Source of the DNA: Phoronis australis
Lineage: Eukaryota; Animalia; Phoronida
DNA length: 64,000 nucleotides
NCBI GenBank assembly: GCA_002633005.1
Contig: NMRA01000431.1
Span: 185,733-249,732 of the forward strand
Direction: 5' to 3'
Below, in pieces: positions 14,835 to 53,100 of this stretch (position 1 is the first letter of the stretch; each line of letters opens with the position of its first letter). Below the pieces are notes generated by a model that was not told where the DNA came from, did not search any database, and saw nothing but the letters and a program-made list of their open reading frames with translations. Position numbers and translations under genes: made by a program.

Positions 14835-40657
<25,823 letters not shown>

Positions 40658-43600
40658 TGTGCACAGTACTCACTTTATTTATTAACAACTGAAATTATTT
40701 TTTTCTAGTTTGTTGTTATATTTTGTAGTCCTATTTGATGTTAATTTTTGTAAATGATTTTTTTCTTAGAGAAAGTGAAACTATCATTTGGTGGATGTCG
40801 TTCCATTATCAGGCTTTACCTTAATATTTTATTCTTTTTGTCATCAGTTATAGTGCAACTTCAGACCTTGTGTTAGAGGAGAAAGCTATTTTTGGTCACC
40901 AGTTTTCTTCGACGTGTGTGTATTAATTACCAATCTCATGACTAGAGTCCATTATGCATGGAACTTTCCCATTGTGATTTAGTTGCATTACAGCATGTCG
41001 TATCTGAGTTACTTGGGAAAACAGATGACTGATTTAAGATTGAGCACAGCCTGAACTATGTGTGAACAAAGATGAAGGATTACTCATTATGCTCCATGCA
41101 TTCTGAATTTGGGCCAGAGGACTAGTAATTCACTTGTGTTATGTCTTCAACAGGGGAACCTTGTCAGTTTTAAAAACAACACCAAATGCCTGTTCATACC
41201 AACTTAAACTCTGGGTCCAGAGGAGTATCGAAATGGATGTATATTGCAAAGGTAGTTGAATCTTTCAGACCAACTTGGACAGTTAACGGACACCACAGTT
41301 AATCATAGTTCAATGTGTGGATCAAAGTTATCACAAGATAATGCTCTTAAAAGACAGTTAATTATAGTTCAATGTGTGGGTCTGGATCAAAGTTATCACA
41401 AGATAATGCTCTTAAAAGGTCATTCATAGCATATTTTTAAATTTGAAGTATCGTTTCTATATATAGTCAGTTAATAAACAAAATGAAGCGGTTGTAGTGG
41501 TAGAACGGTCAATATTTGGTAAAAATATCATCACCGCATGCCATTGACTGCAACAGCAGTTGATTATTCCTAACTAAATTGTTCATATCATATCGAAGTG
41601 TTAATACTTCGCTGTATCTGTTGCAAAGTGCTCCTGTCTTTGATCCAAGAACAAAGCTAACCTTTCTTACTGACCCTACACTTTCCAAAACATGGACATG
41701 TCATTGTTGGTATGAAGAGCCCTTAACAGTGTTGTCTTTCTCGTGTTTGTTAACCTTGTCAAAACGTCGAGAAAGTGTCAGTACCACTAGATACACTCTC
41801 ATGGAACCGGGCGGTTCCTTGGCATGAAATTTTTTAGCTGAGGTACGTAGAGTTAACCCAGTCACATACACAGAGCTAACCCAGTCACATACACCGTGGC
41901 CTATTGGTATTTTTGCCATCAAGGACAGTCATGGTGTATCAGCATCCACAATACAGATGGTTTACCATGGCTTCATTGAATATCAGATCTCTTGTTATGC
42001 ACATTACTACCACTGTCACGTGTCAACTTGGCATTTTATGACCACTTTGGACAGTTTTTACCATTTTAAATCCAAAATTTGCTGTGTCAGTGCAGTAATT
42101 CCTTTTAATGTTATTTAGGTTTTGTGAAATGCCTTTTATGCTCTAAGCTTAAACAGTTGTCATCTGAAATATAAGGGTCTTAAACACCAAGTCAAGATGG
42201 ATTCTGTACCCTCAAAATTTGGACACTGTCCCTTGCATTAATCATGTGACAAGTGGGTGTAATTGACGGATGTGTGATGTGCCTGCTATTTTAATATAGA
42301 CAATCATGCTATGATAATAAAAAGAAAACATTCTCTAAAGTATGTTATTACCACTGGAGGCCTGTTCCTCATGGTACTGTATATTAAAACTTTGCATTTT
42401 GCTCACAGTGCCAAGTCAGCTTCACAAAGATTGGACTTAACCTTGAATAAATAAATCAATATAGGGATTAAAAACACAGCTTAGAATTTTTAATTGACCG
42501 GAGAATCGCTGGTAGATATCTAAAATGTTGATTGGAATTTGAAAACAGGCCTCTTGTATGTGTTGGACTGAGCACTTCTAACAGCACCATGTGAACACTT
42601 CCGATAGGACCATGTGAACACTTGCCAAGGAGTTCTCCATATTCTTGAAGACATAGTTTAGTTATGTGCTGCGTCTATGACTGTAAATATTGTATATATT
42701 TTATACACACAACCCACAAATAGAGGATTATGTGTTGTTAGCATGCTTTTCTATACTGTAAAAGTACAAAGTGCATAAAATGACCAAAGCAATCGCAGGT
42801 CTTGTCAAAGTATAGAATTAATTGTTTCTATTCTACGTTTTATTAGTTCTTGTACATGTTGAATCTCAAACCTGGACTTGCCACATATTAGTGGCAGTGT
42901 TTTTAATGGTGTGTGAGGGGAAGACTGTTAATATACCTAGACTTGTTAACAGTGACTTCCTGTCAGAAGCTTCAGCACGAGCGTTTCATCAAAGTCATTC
43001 ATCTTATTGGCAGATGATTTAAAGAGACAAAAGCTCTAGTAATGTAAGTGATATAAGTTAATGTGACCATGTGAAGGAATTAAGAGATTACAAGTAAATG
43101 GAACACGTGTTGGCAAATTTTAAGTTATTAAACGTAATTGATATCACATAATTTTAACAGTAATGCTTTTGAACTGGCATCTCCTTGCAAATATGTCTTT
43201 TAGGAGCAAACACTTGGTGATTTTTTCATGTGTTCTCGAGTATAAGTAATCCATTTTCAAATAGAGTTCAGTTTGCAAAGCCTGTACACTCAGTTTTGTC
43301 ATTGACCAATTGATGCAACATTAAGTAAAAGCAAATGATAAGCATATCTGCAATTAAAAGATGTTTTCCACATGTTCCCTTCATGAGGCCAAGTTGTTCT
43401 TCAGTGTGAGGTACTTCTATGTTGACTAGTCAAGGGCTAACGTGCACAATAGGTTGGGCCTTCTACAAGGGCTAGCGTGCAGTGATAGGTTCAGCCTTGT
43501 ACAGTTGTCAGCAGTCACATTGGCTTGTAATTAACCATGAAAGTTATTGGCAACATATCAGAAGTAAAGCTCATTGTAGTGACGGTTGGTTCCGAGTGAT

Positions 43601-44056
43601 GAATTCTGTGCTTTGTATATATTTCATTTGGTAGCTCAACAATGATAAGAATACTATTCAATCCCTTTGAAGAACAACAGTTTGTTTTATCCTGCACTTT
43701 TCGTCTTCATCAATTTGGATTGCTCTTCAATTTCCTGTGGGCAACTACGATAGTTAAATTCTTGCAGTTATGAACAATTGGTTATTCCCAATTTGGAAGT
43801 TGAATTGTTCATTTTAATTGTGAACAACTGATTCTGTAACTAATTATTGTTTAACAGCGAGTCATTAAGTGCAATGTTTTGTGTTGGAGTGTAGACTGTA
43901 AATTTGTATGGAGAATAGTTTAACTTATTTCTATGTGTATATACAACTATATTACAAAATGGCAGTGAACTGTCAAGTATGCCAGCCTATTTATATTTGT
44001 TCCTTAAAAGCAGGTTACATAAGCAAAACAAGGAATATTGTCAATAACTGGAGTCA

Positions 44057-44062
44057 AATAAA
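44057..44062 (+). terminator. Candidate distal poly(A) signal of Jagged
   Basis: AATAAA followed by a U/GU-rich tract; alternatives at 41473, 42316 and 42446. Confidence 0.35.
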
Positions 44063-44519
44063 ATTATTCCGTTTTGTATAATTTTGTTTTTCCATGGTCT
44101 TAATGCTGATGAAGGCAATTCTTTAATGCAAAAATCTGTTTAGGGCACAATATTGTGAAAAAATGGAACTTTATTTTGTCAAGTTTTTCAACAAAATAAG
44201 TATTAGCAGAGGAAATTGTTTTCTCATTGTTATACCTAGAATCGCACTTTACATTGGTTACAATAGAACATTTGGGGAAACTACATCTGAATAAGTTATT
44301 GAGAAGTGGAGATTTCAGCAAATTTAAGCATCCAAATTAGATTTTTAAAAATATGCATGCAATTGGCAAGTGGCTAAATGTCCTTGCAGCACCTTGTACT
44401 GTCTATGCTTCTTGTCAAATAATGATCACTTCCTGAAATACCATAGCAACCTCAAGGTTATTTGGTATGTACACTGCTGCTGTGACTTTCTAAAACCACT
44501 CTGAGGTGGTGGCGTGTTT

Positions 44520-44668
44520 CAACTATTATTAAAATCTCACGGTCTATTTACACTGACCTCTTGTCTATTTACATTGTCATGACAGAAAAAAGACCGACCG
44601 AAACGCCATGACATTGTAAACAGACAAGATGTCTATGTAAATAGATCAAGAGATTTTAATAATAGTTG
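44520..44668. repeat. 149-bp imperfect palindrome
   Basis: caactattattaaaatctc pairs with gagattttaataatagttg; inner arms tctatttaca/tgtaaataga and tgtcatg/catgaca. Confidence 0.8.
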
Positions 44669-45270
44669 TAACTGCTGCTGATCACTAGTTTGCATTACAA
44701 TTGGTTTGCAATTTGTCACAAAGTTTTACTGGTGCACAGCTACAATTCATAAAAAATGAAAAGCTTCCTGGTATGATAAGTTTGTTTCTCACTTATTGAC
44801 TCAAAAGTGTATTAAAGACTTTACCTTAAGTTTGAAAACTATCATACAAAGGGTATTTCTACCTGTGCAAGACGGTTGAATCTGGGATGTGCAAATTCGC
44901 CAAGCTGAATTCTTGAAGAGAGCTATCATAACGTCACTCTGATGCGATGATTTAGTTGCAACTCAACAAATTGCAGGAAAACCGTGAGGACCCAGCTTGA
45001 GACAGCAGCATCCAACACCCAGTTTGAGCAATAAAATTTCCGACTCGTAATACAGTGGACTCGAAAAAACTGAGTTAAAACAATGAACTATGATTTCCTA
45101 AAGCAACTGTAGGTGGTGCATTACACTGTCTACACAACCGACTTTTCATATACGACTGTAATCAGAATGTGCAGTAGTATATGAGTTACGAGAATTGGAA
45201 TGGGTATATAATCGCAAAATAAGGTTTTAAAAAACCTATTTGTTTATTTACACCAACCTCTCGCATACTT

Positions 45271-45620
45271 TCCATGGTATGACATTTCTGTTGGTCATTA
45301 TTTCTCCGTCCTACTTCAGTTGTTACAGCATTTTAGAACACTGAGCGTCTAGTACACTCATAGTGATCAAGAATGAGCGCGTGCCGTGTAGTACACTCAT
45401 AGTGGTCAGTGATGAGCATGTGGTACACTCATAGTGGTCAGTGATGAGCGTGTGGTACACTCATAGTGGTCAGTGATGAGCATTTTTCATATTTTTGCAT
45501 ATAATCCTTGGGGGCAAGGTGGCATTTGAACCAGGGATCTGTTAGTTGTCATTCCAGCAGTATAGCTACAAGATAACTGATGACCAGAGAAATGACCGAT
45601 CAAAATGTCATGCCAATGGA
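45271..45620. mobile_element. MITE-like element with ~40-bp imperfect TIRs around a minisatellite
   Basis: ttccatggtatgacatttctgttggtcatt versus aatgaccgatcaaaatgtcatgccaatggaa; four gtacactcatagtggtcagtgatgagc-type units at 45352-45482. Confidence 0.55.
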
Positions 45621-47054
45621 AACAGAACGGTGGTGTAGAGAGACTAAAAACTTTTTAGAAATAATGTTTCAATGAAAAGTGATGCATTCCAAGCAGTGCA
45701 TATATATTTCTAATATGCTTCAAATCATTAACACGATTGTGAAACAATGTGGATAATAATATGAATCCACATTTGTTCAACAAGATAAACCAAAATGACT
45801 ACTATACAGAGGGAGGTATGTCTTCTCTCTTCTCTGTTTCACAGTGGCAACATAATGCATTCACTTTCTCAACAAGCTCAACATTAACACTTCCAGTACC
45901 TAATGACTGATTGTGCCTTAAAATTGTCACAATTTTATTTTTGAATTCATACCTTGCACTTAGAATGATGTTTGTTCTATATACAGATCATCATTTACAG
46001 TCGCTATGGTAACACAATGTGGCTATAAGTTTTAAATACTCATTAAAACTGGATTCTATTGAACAGTAACGTGATGCGTCTGCAGAGAAGGTAATCTTGT
46101 AAACTGGGCAGCATTCTGTAGACACTCAACACTTGAATGGCATTGTGGTGAGAAATCTTCACTTAAGGGATGAAGACTGATTTCTATCTTAAAAATTAAA
46201 GATTTTCACCTGACCGGTCACTCCAGTGGTCAATATTTTGCTGGACAGGCCAGTCTCAACATACTTGTGAAACACTCAGGACTGTGTATGGTCTTGTGTG
46301 AACTTGCGTTTCCACGAGTGTCTCATGTCAACAAAGTGCACCCCTGCTTCCTTCATGTTACATCCTAATACGAAAACATCAGAATTTGTTGCCCATGAGT
46401 GCAAACTATTTCTGCGTTAAAAACTAGTTTGAATGACATAACAGATAGTTGGATGTAAATTTGCTACGAGTTAAAAACACATTAAACATCACAAAATTGC
46501 AAGAAATTAACAATAAAGTAATAAAAAATAAAATTGCATTACCCTGCTGAGGAGTGAATGTCCAACAGACTAGTGAAAAACAACAAGCAGTACCAGTTAA
46601 AAGAATACTAAACCTTGTACTGGTGATTTCACCTAAACAAAGAAAAAATGACTGTCAACAGATATTGCAAAAATAGTACATTCCCTAACAAATAACAGCG
46701 TTATTGAGCTGCAAAGCTTCCTCAATGAGTTACTAAGAGAATCCTGTGCTTCAGCCACAGCAGTATTTCCCACAGATGTCGACAGACCTTGCAAGGGGAC
46801 TTCAAATATTCTCCAAGTTTTTGTTGATTTAAGGGAGCCAATGGGAGTTTGTCTGTTAATAGGCTTACATAAGGTTGAGTATCCCTTCAACACTTAATTT
46901 ATAACAATAGCAGAACACAAACCATTAACAAATTGAAAAAAAAAACCTGAAAACATTTTTGAATGCGCCTACTTACAAAGCAACCAGTACAAATTGTGAC
47001 CGTCTCAGCTTTGTACTTCTACAGACATAGAACAGCATAGATTGTCCTCTACAC

Positions 47055-47138
47055 TTACTTTGGACTGGCCGTGACTCCTTCAGAGGTGTTGGATGCCTCC
47101 TCATCGCCTATGGGTTGGACAAATTTTTTAAAGTCATC
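47055..47138 (-). CDS. SIRT2: SIRT2 C-terminal exon [27 protein letters not shown]
   Basis: ttgcag| acceptor, phase 0 fits, TAA at 47057-47055. The sequence is poorly conserved, so this exon is less certain. Confidence 0.72.
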   Translation of the reverse strand, partial: DDFKKFVQPIGDEEASNTSEGVTASPK

Positions 47139-50100
47139 CTGCAACAACAAAGTAATGCTGATGAACAAACGTAATAGTTGGTAAAATGCTTATTTCCACA
47201 TCAAACTGACCTTAGGCAGTACAATCTGACCAATAACCTTTTTGCTGACATCAGCCAAATTTTAAAGCAAAAATATCATTGCATGAATGTGTTTTCGTCA
47301 TCAGAAATCCTCTGACTTTGGTGCTATTTTTCATCTAACACTGACAAAAAACTGCCCTTTCTGGGGTTGTTTGCACAGATCTTAAATTGGACAGTGCCTA
47401 TTAGTTTACAAAGTATTTAACCAACAGATACATCCATAACGAGCATGACAACCTCTTCAACCATTCACACTGGATCTTGAACAACCATTCACAATAGATC
47501 TTGAACAACCATTCACACTCATGGATCTTGAACAACCATTCATACGGGATCATATTGCATATGGCCGTCATTTCTGTATGGGCGTTCGGGCGTTAGCGGT
47601 TGTATCTCCTAAACACCTTGCAGGATCTTATTAAAATTTGGCAGGTGTGTTCCTATGGGGTTGACGACAGAGGGCGAAGAGTTTCAGACCGACCCAAATA
47701 CCGCTGTGCCTCCTAGTGGCAATTTTAGTTTTTTACGTTTGCCTCTGTATTTTCAAAGATCCTCAACCAATTTTCAGGAAATTTGGCACATAGGCATCTA
47801 GATGTGACGCTATCCTCCCGTTTCCAGATGGATTTTAAACATTTTGCGCCATCTAGTGGCCATTTTTACTATTTTTGAGTTCGTTTTTGGCGTCCGCCCC
47901 TCTGTCAACCAAACCACTCTAAGGATGATTGCAAAAATTGGCATGTATGTTCTTACTATGAAGAGGACGGTTGACAATGATTTTCTGACGACTTCGACTA
48001 CTGTGGCGTCTCCTAGTGGCAGTTTTGTTTTTGCGTCCACGGCTGTATCTCCTAAATGCTCTTCAGGATCTTTATTAAGTATAGCAAATGTATATTCATA
48101 ATTATGAAGTTAACAGCAGAAAACGATGACTTTCGGACAGGTCCGACTAACACTGCCCCCTAGTGCCAATTTCATTTTAATTTTCTGTTTTCCTGTTTCT
48201 CTGAAGTTCCTCAACCAATTGTCAAATTTGTTAAATAGCTTTCTTTAAAGAAACGGTGACATTTTCTGGTTTTCAGATGGATTCGACATATTTTGCGCCA
48301 TCTAGTGACCACTTTTACTGTTTTGTAGTCTGTTTTTGTCATCCGCCCTCTGTCAACCAAACCACTCTTAGGATGACTGTGATAATTGGCTTATATATTG
48401 TTAGTGCGAAGAGGACATTTGATGATTTTCCAGCATCAATTACTGTGGCGCCTCCTAGCGGCAGTTTTTTTTGCCCCCTTAGCTGTATCTCCTAAGCCCT
48501 CCACAGAATGTTTATTAAATTTAGCAAGTTTATTTACATGACATTGACAACAGAAGACGACAACTTTCAGACGGATTCGATGAACCTTTGTCCCCTAGTG
48601 GCAATTTCATTTTTTCAATTTTGCTTAAGTTTCTTGACAGATTTTCATGAAATGTGGTAAATAGCTTTCTGTTAAAAAATGGTGATGTTTTCCAGTTTTT
48701 TGATGGATTCGAAATATTTTGCACCATCTAGTGGCCATTTTTATGACACAAATAAACACCCTAGAAGCACACCATTTGTAATGCATTCATGGGCTAATTT
48801 CAACACTCTGAGTTGCTCTTGTTATAATTTTAGACACCACTGATTTTTATATTCTTATTGAATGATTGTTCCAATGATTTCAAAATAACACCTGAGTCCT
48901 ACACCTTTTGGAAAATAAACCTTTCAATGTTTAAAACTGATAAACCATGGCTATGGTCTTAAAAACAACTCAAATATGAGGATTATGTCAATAACCCAAA
49001 AACAAATTCTAAGCAGGCAGCGAAATGAGAGAAGATTAAAAGTTGTTTATACCAATGAAAATTTGAAGAGTAATTTCGGGCTTAGTTAATGCAGGGCTAG
49101 GAATGACCAATGACAAAACAGAGGAAAATTTTCCAGGAGATGAGTCGTTCCAGAAATATATACTAGGTTTGTGTGAAAGATATATTTGTGTTGTAAAATT
49201 TAACTGAAATAAACATTTTTGCATGAAATCAAAATAATGATAAAAAGAGACGAAAAGAGGAAACAGGAAATCAAATAAGAGAAAATTGAAACCAAAAAGA
49301 GGAAACCCTCTTAAAAGAGGACAATTCCAAACCCTGTTAATGGTGCAACACAAACAGTGACTAAGATCTTCTTTGGCACATACAAAATTGTCACAAGGGG
49401 GCACCACATAGCTAACACATTCAAAAATCATTGTCAGTAAGAAGACTAATGTCACATTTTATAAAAGTAGATAAGAAATAGAATGTTGGGAAATCTGTAA
49501 AGGAACTCCAAAGACACAGAAGAAAACAATAAAACTAAAATTGCCACAAGTTATAGCCACCCGAAAGTTGTCCATTGTCACATTCCTAGGAATAAAGTTA
49601 AACTTTCCAAATTTTATAAAGGTCTTGTGATTAAAAATACAGTAGCAAACATACCAAAATTTGCTACTAAAGGGTGCCACAGCAGTGGAAAACGTCTGAC
49701 AATTAAAGTCTACTGTGATCTCAGTAGGAACTCAGCTGCCAAATTTCATAATGATTCTTTGAGCAGTGTGACAAATACAAATGTGGACAGTTAAACCACA
49801 GATTCTTAAAATATTAAAAACGTTCACTAGGAGACACAGAATATCTCTAATCCATCGAAAAATTAGAAGGCCTTGCCGTCTTCTTAATAATAACCTATTT
49901 GCAAAATTTTATGCAAGTCTGGCAATGAACTCTGAAGATATAAAAGCAAATAAAAATACTAAAATTGTTAATAGGGAGGACAGCAGTCACCCCCATCTGT
50001 CGTTATGTTCATAGGATTAGGAACATGTTGTCAAATCTAACAAAGATCATCCTGCAAAGGTTAAGGGAATACAGCTGCCGACACTGGATGTAGAAAGGAG

Positions 50101-53100
50101 ACACTGGAGTCTGAACAGAGATGACAGTAATATACATTCATGAACATGTACAAGTATTACAATGTACATGGCAGCCTTAAGGTTATGTAAAACCGTAGTA
50201 AATGTACTAATTATGCTAACTTGGTACACCATATCTCATAAACGGCAGATCAGGTCTAAAGGTAACTTTCAGATATGCTTTTTCTCAAAACGCAGTTAGA
50301 AATTGTTACAAAATGTTCCAGGGTTTTAAGGATGAAACTCAAAATCTGCTTACAGTGAAAAAAAAGCAAAAACTATAACGACGTTTCTTAAGATTTTATC
50401 TTGAATATCTACATCAAACAATATCAGGCCATTTTAACGATCAATCTTTCTTTTTTGCTTAATTTTACTAAAGACATGGTCATGTGACCCTGTTAATAGC
50501 AGATTGGTATAAAATCAGAAATAAAATTGTACAGGCTTCTACAGAAAATATATATACTTTTTTGACAGTGAAATAGATAGGCAGACAGTCATACTAACCT
50601 CCCATCCTAACAATTTCATCATTTCCATGACTCCACTATCACAAGTACCTTGCTTGAATATATCCCTACAATGACAAATACACCCACTTGGTGGAGCCAG
50701 CTTATGTCATGTGATGAAATCAAATGCCAATTTCCATTTTAGTAGTGACACAATGAAAGATACTTTGTCACTAGATGGCGATACTGTACATGTAATAGGT
50801 TCTGCATTCTTGTATGGGGATTTAATGCAGTGAGATTTCCCAACGATTTCTAAGAATTCAACCGCTATAAAACTGACACCGTTCTGTGATGAGATAACAA
50901 CAATATCCACGGGAAATGTCCGTCGTCTGTGAATAAAAGAAACTGCATTCTGTCCCTGTAAACTTGTAATGCCAGAATTAGAAATTGGGTCAAGCAAGAG
51001 CTGTTTTCACTGCTCCAATAATGCTTAAGAGACGTATGTGTAATGTTCTCTGTTTGTAAATGCCATTGTTCCAGGATGTAAAGGCCAACAGAACACACTA
51101 TATAGTCTAAAACTATAAAATCCAGGTCAACACTCCCTTTCCTCTGTGCATGACTCCATAACAATGGAGACCACTCGCTGTTTCCATGATATCCCAAGTG
51201 TTTGACCATTGGCTATTGTGGTTACCACCCCCTTATTACATCCTGGAACCATCACAGCTCCTCTTGCACTGGACAGCACTGTATGACTAGCATACCTGTA
51301 ATTGCCTTCTTTTCCAAATCTAAATCCACCGTGCACAGACAATCCCATCAAAAGGTTAAGGAATGGATCATCCTACAAAAAGAGATGAAGCATAAAAACT
51401 GAAACCATAACATCAAGAGTGATCATTGCCAAGATCTGCCCTCAGAAATGAGTTAGCAACAAATTCACCGTCTCGTTTCACACATTCAAGGCTTGGCTAT
51501 TCGCTAATCCATAGGGGGTTCAACAACTTCTTAGTCAAGACCATAAACGCTTTGTTAGGCTGTGTCCATCTGGAACGCTTGAATGACAAAGAGCAGAGTT
51601 AACAAAGAACTATAACTTTCACAAACATTGAATGCCAATTTCAAAAGGCCTAGTGTGAATGACACCCATGATATACAACAGTTCCCAAAAGTTGAAGCCA
51701 CTATAGGGACTAGTTACCCCTCCAATCCCAGAATGCAGGTGATTAACTACCAATGAAGTATATTTCTATGACAATACAGTGGTAGTCAGCTGCTACTTGA
51801 ACTATAAAGGCATGAGCCAAATGAAGTTGACTTCAAGTGTGTATATAATCACCTAAAAGGGAGAATACTGGCTGGTTTGATGAGTTCTATAACCATTCTG
51901 GTCCACGTGCTTAGCTGCATCATTAAATGTGCTCAATCATCTTTGGTCAAATCTTGGCTAGCAATATTGTAAGGAGCAACAGAATCCATTACAATAATTT
52001 CTTCAATCACACCAGACAATCAGAGCTTACTCTTTTAGAGTGACCATCCCACTCATTTATTCAGAATTCCTCACAGCATAATGTTTGCTATGACAACACG
52101 CATGCTCACTCTTATTACAGGATGTTCCTACTGGTAAGTCCAGATATATACGATTGGTAAAAATACATCTCCAAAGTATATGCCAACAGAGTACGGAAAA
52201 GGCCTAAACATTACACACGGCAATCATAAATTATGATAATGAGTTACGATGAGGTCAAATATGGCTAAATGGATAAACTAGAAAGCACACACACTTGATG
52301 TTGAAAATGGTCTACCTCTTGTATGTATAATGAACGCTACCTTTACCTTAATACAAACCAAATGGAAAATAAAACAGTTTTGTTATTACAAGAAATCTGG
52401 CACCACAAAAAGCTCAAGAGTTCTAAAAATTTTGCAAATCAGTCATACATTTGCTACTTACTGTTACTGTGGAGTTTTCCAAGTTGATGTACAATCGAGG
52501 GCATGATTCAGGAACACTGAAAACATAAACACAACATGTTGCAGCATCACACCAGTCTTTCAACTACTTCCAGCAAACTATCAAGAATGATCACTCATTA
52601 AAGTCCCATGCAGTGCCTATTTAGAAGTTTATGGGCCTACTGGTTAATAGCCATCAAAAGTTACTTACTGTCCAAGAAGCTTAAAGTGGGAAACAAACAA
52701 TACATGGGTGTCTAATGGCATTGGCACTTTTAAAAAACAAAATTTCTGAGAAGTCAGAGATAGGCACTTTCCAACGGTCAATTGGATTAACGCCTACGGA
52801 GCTACATTGACGTCAGACTTGATGTGCTAGAGTCGAATAAAACATTGGTAGTAAGGGGCTTAGCATCTAGAATGGAGTCATATTAGGTTGTTGCATTAGG
52901 TTGTTCTCTCGTTCAATAACTTCACCAGACTTATGCTGGTTGTGAGCATCTTACAGCATCTGGTTCCTTTGTTAACTGCAGAGCTTTTTGTGTGGCATGA
53001 CAACATGCAGACCAGTTACCTACCAATTTCATACAGTAACTGATACTGTAATGGGTTGGGACAGAATAAATTGTCTTAACTTTGGGCGATTTTGGTTATT

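Noticed and set aside
50707-51351. Nested Cys-containing receptor pseudogene on the minus strand
   Set aside because: The ORF start is explained by the SIRT2 exon at 51296-51372; the rest has stops and no recognisable domain.
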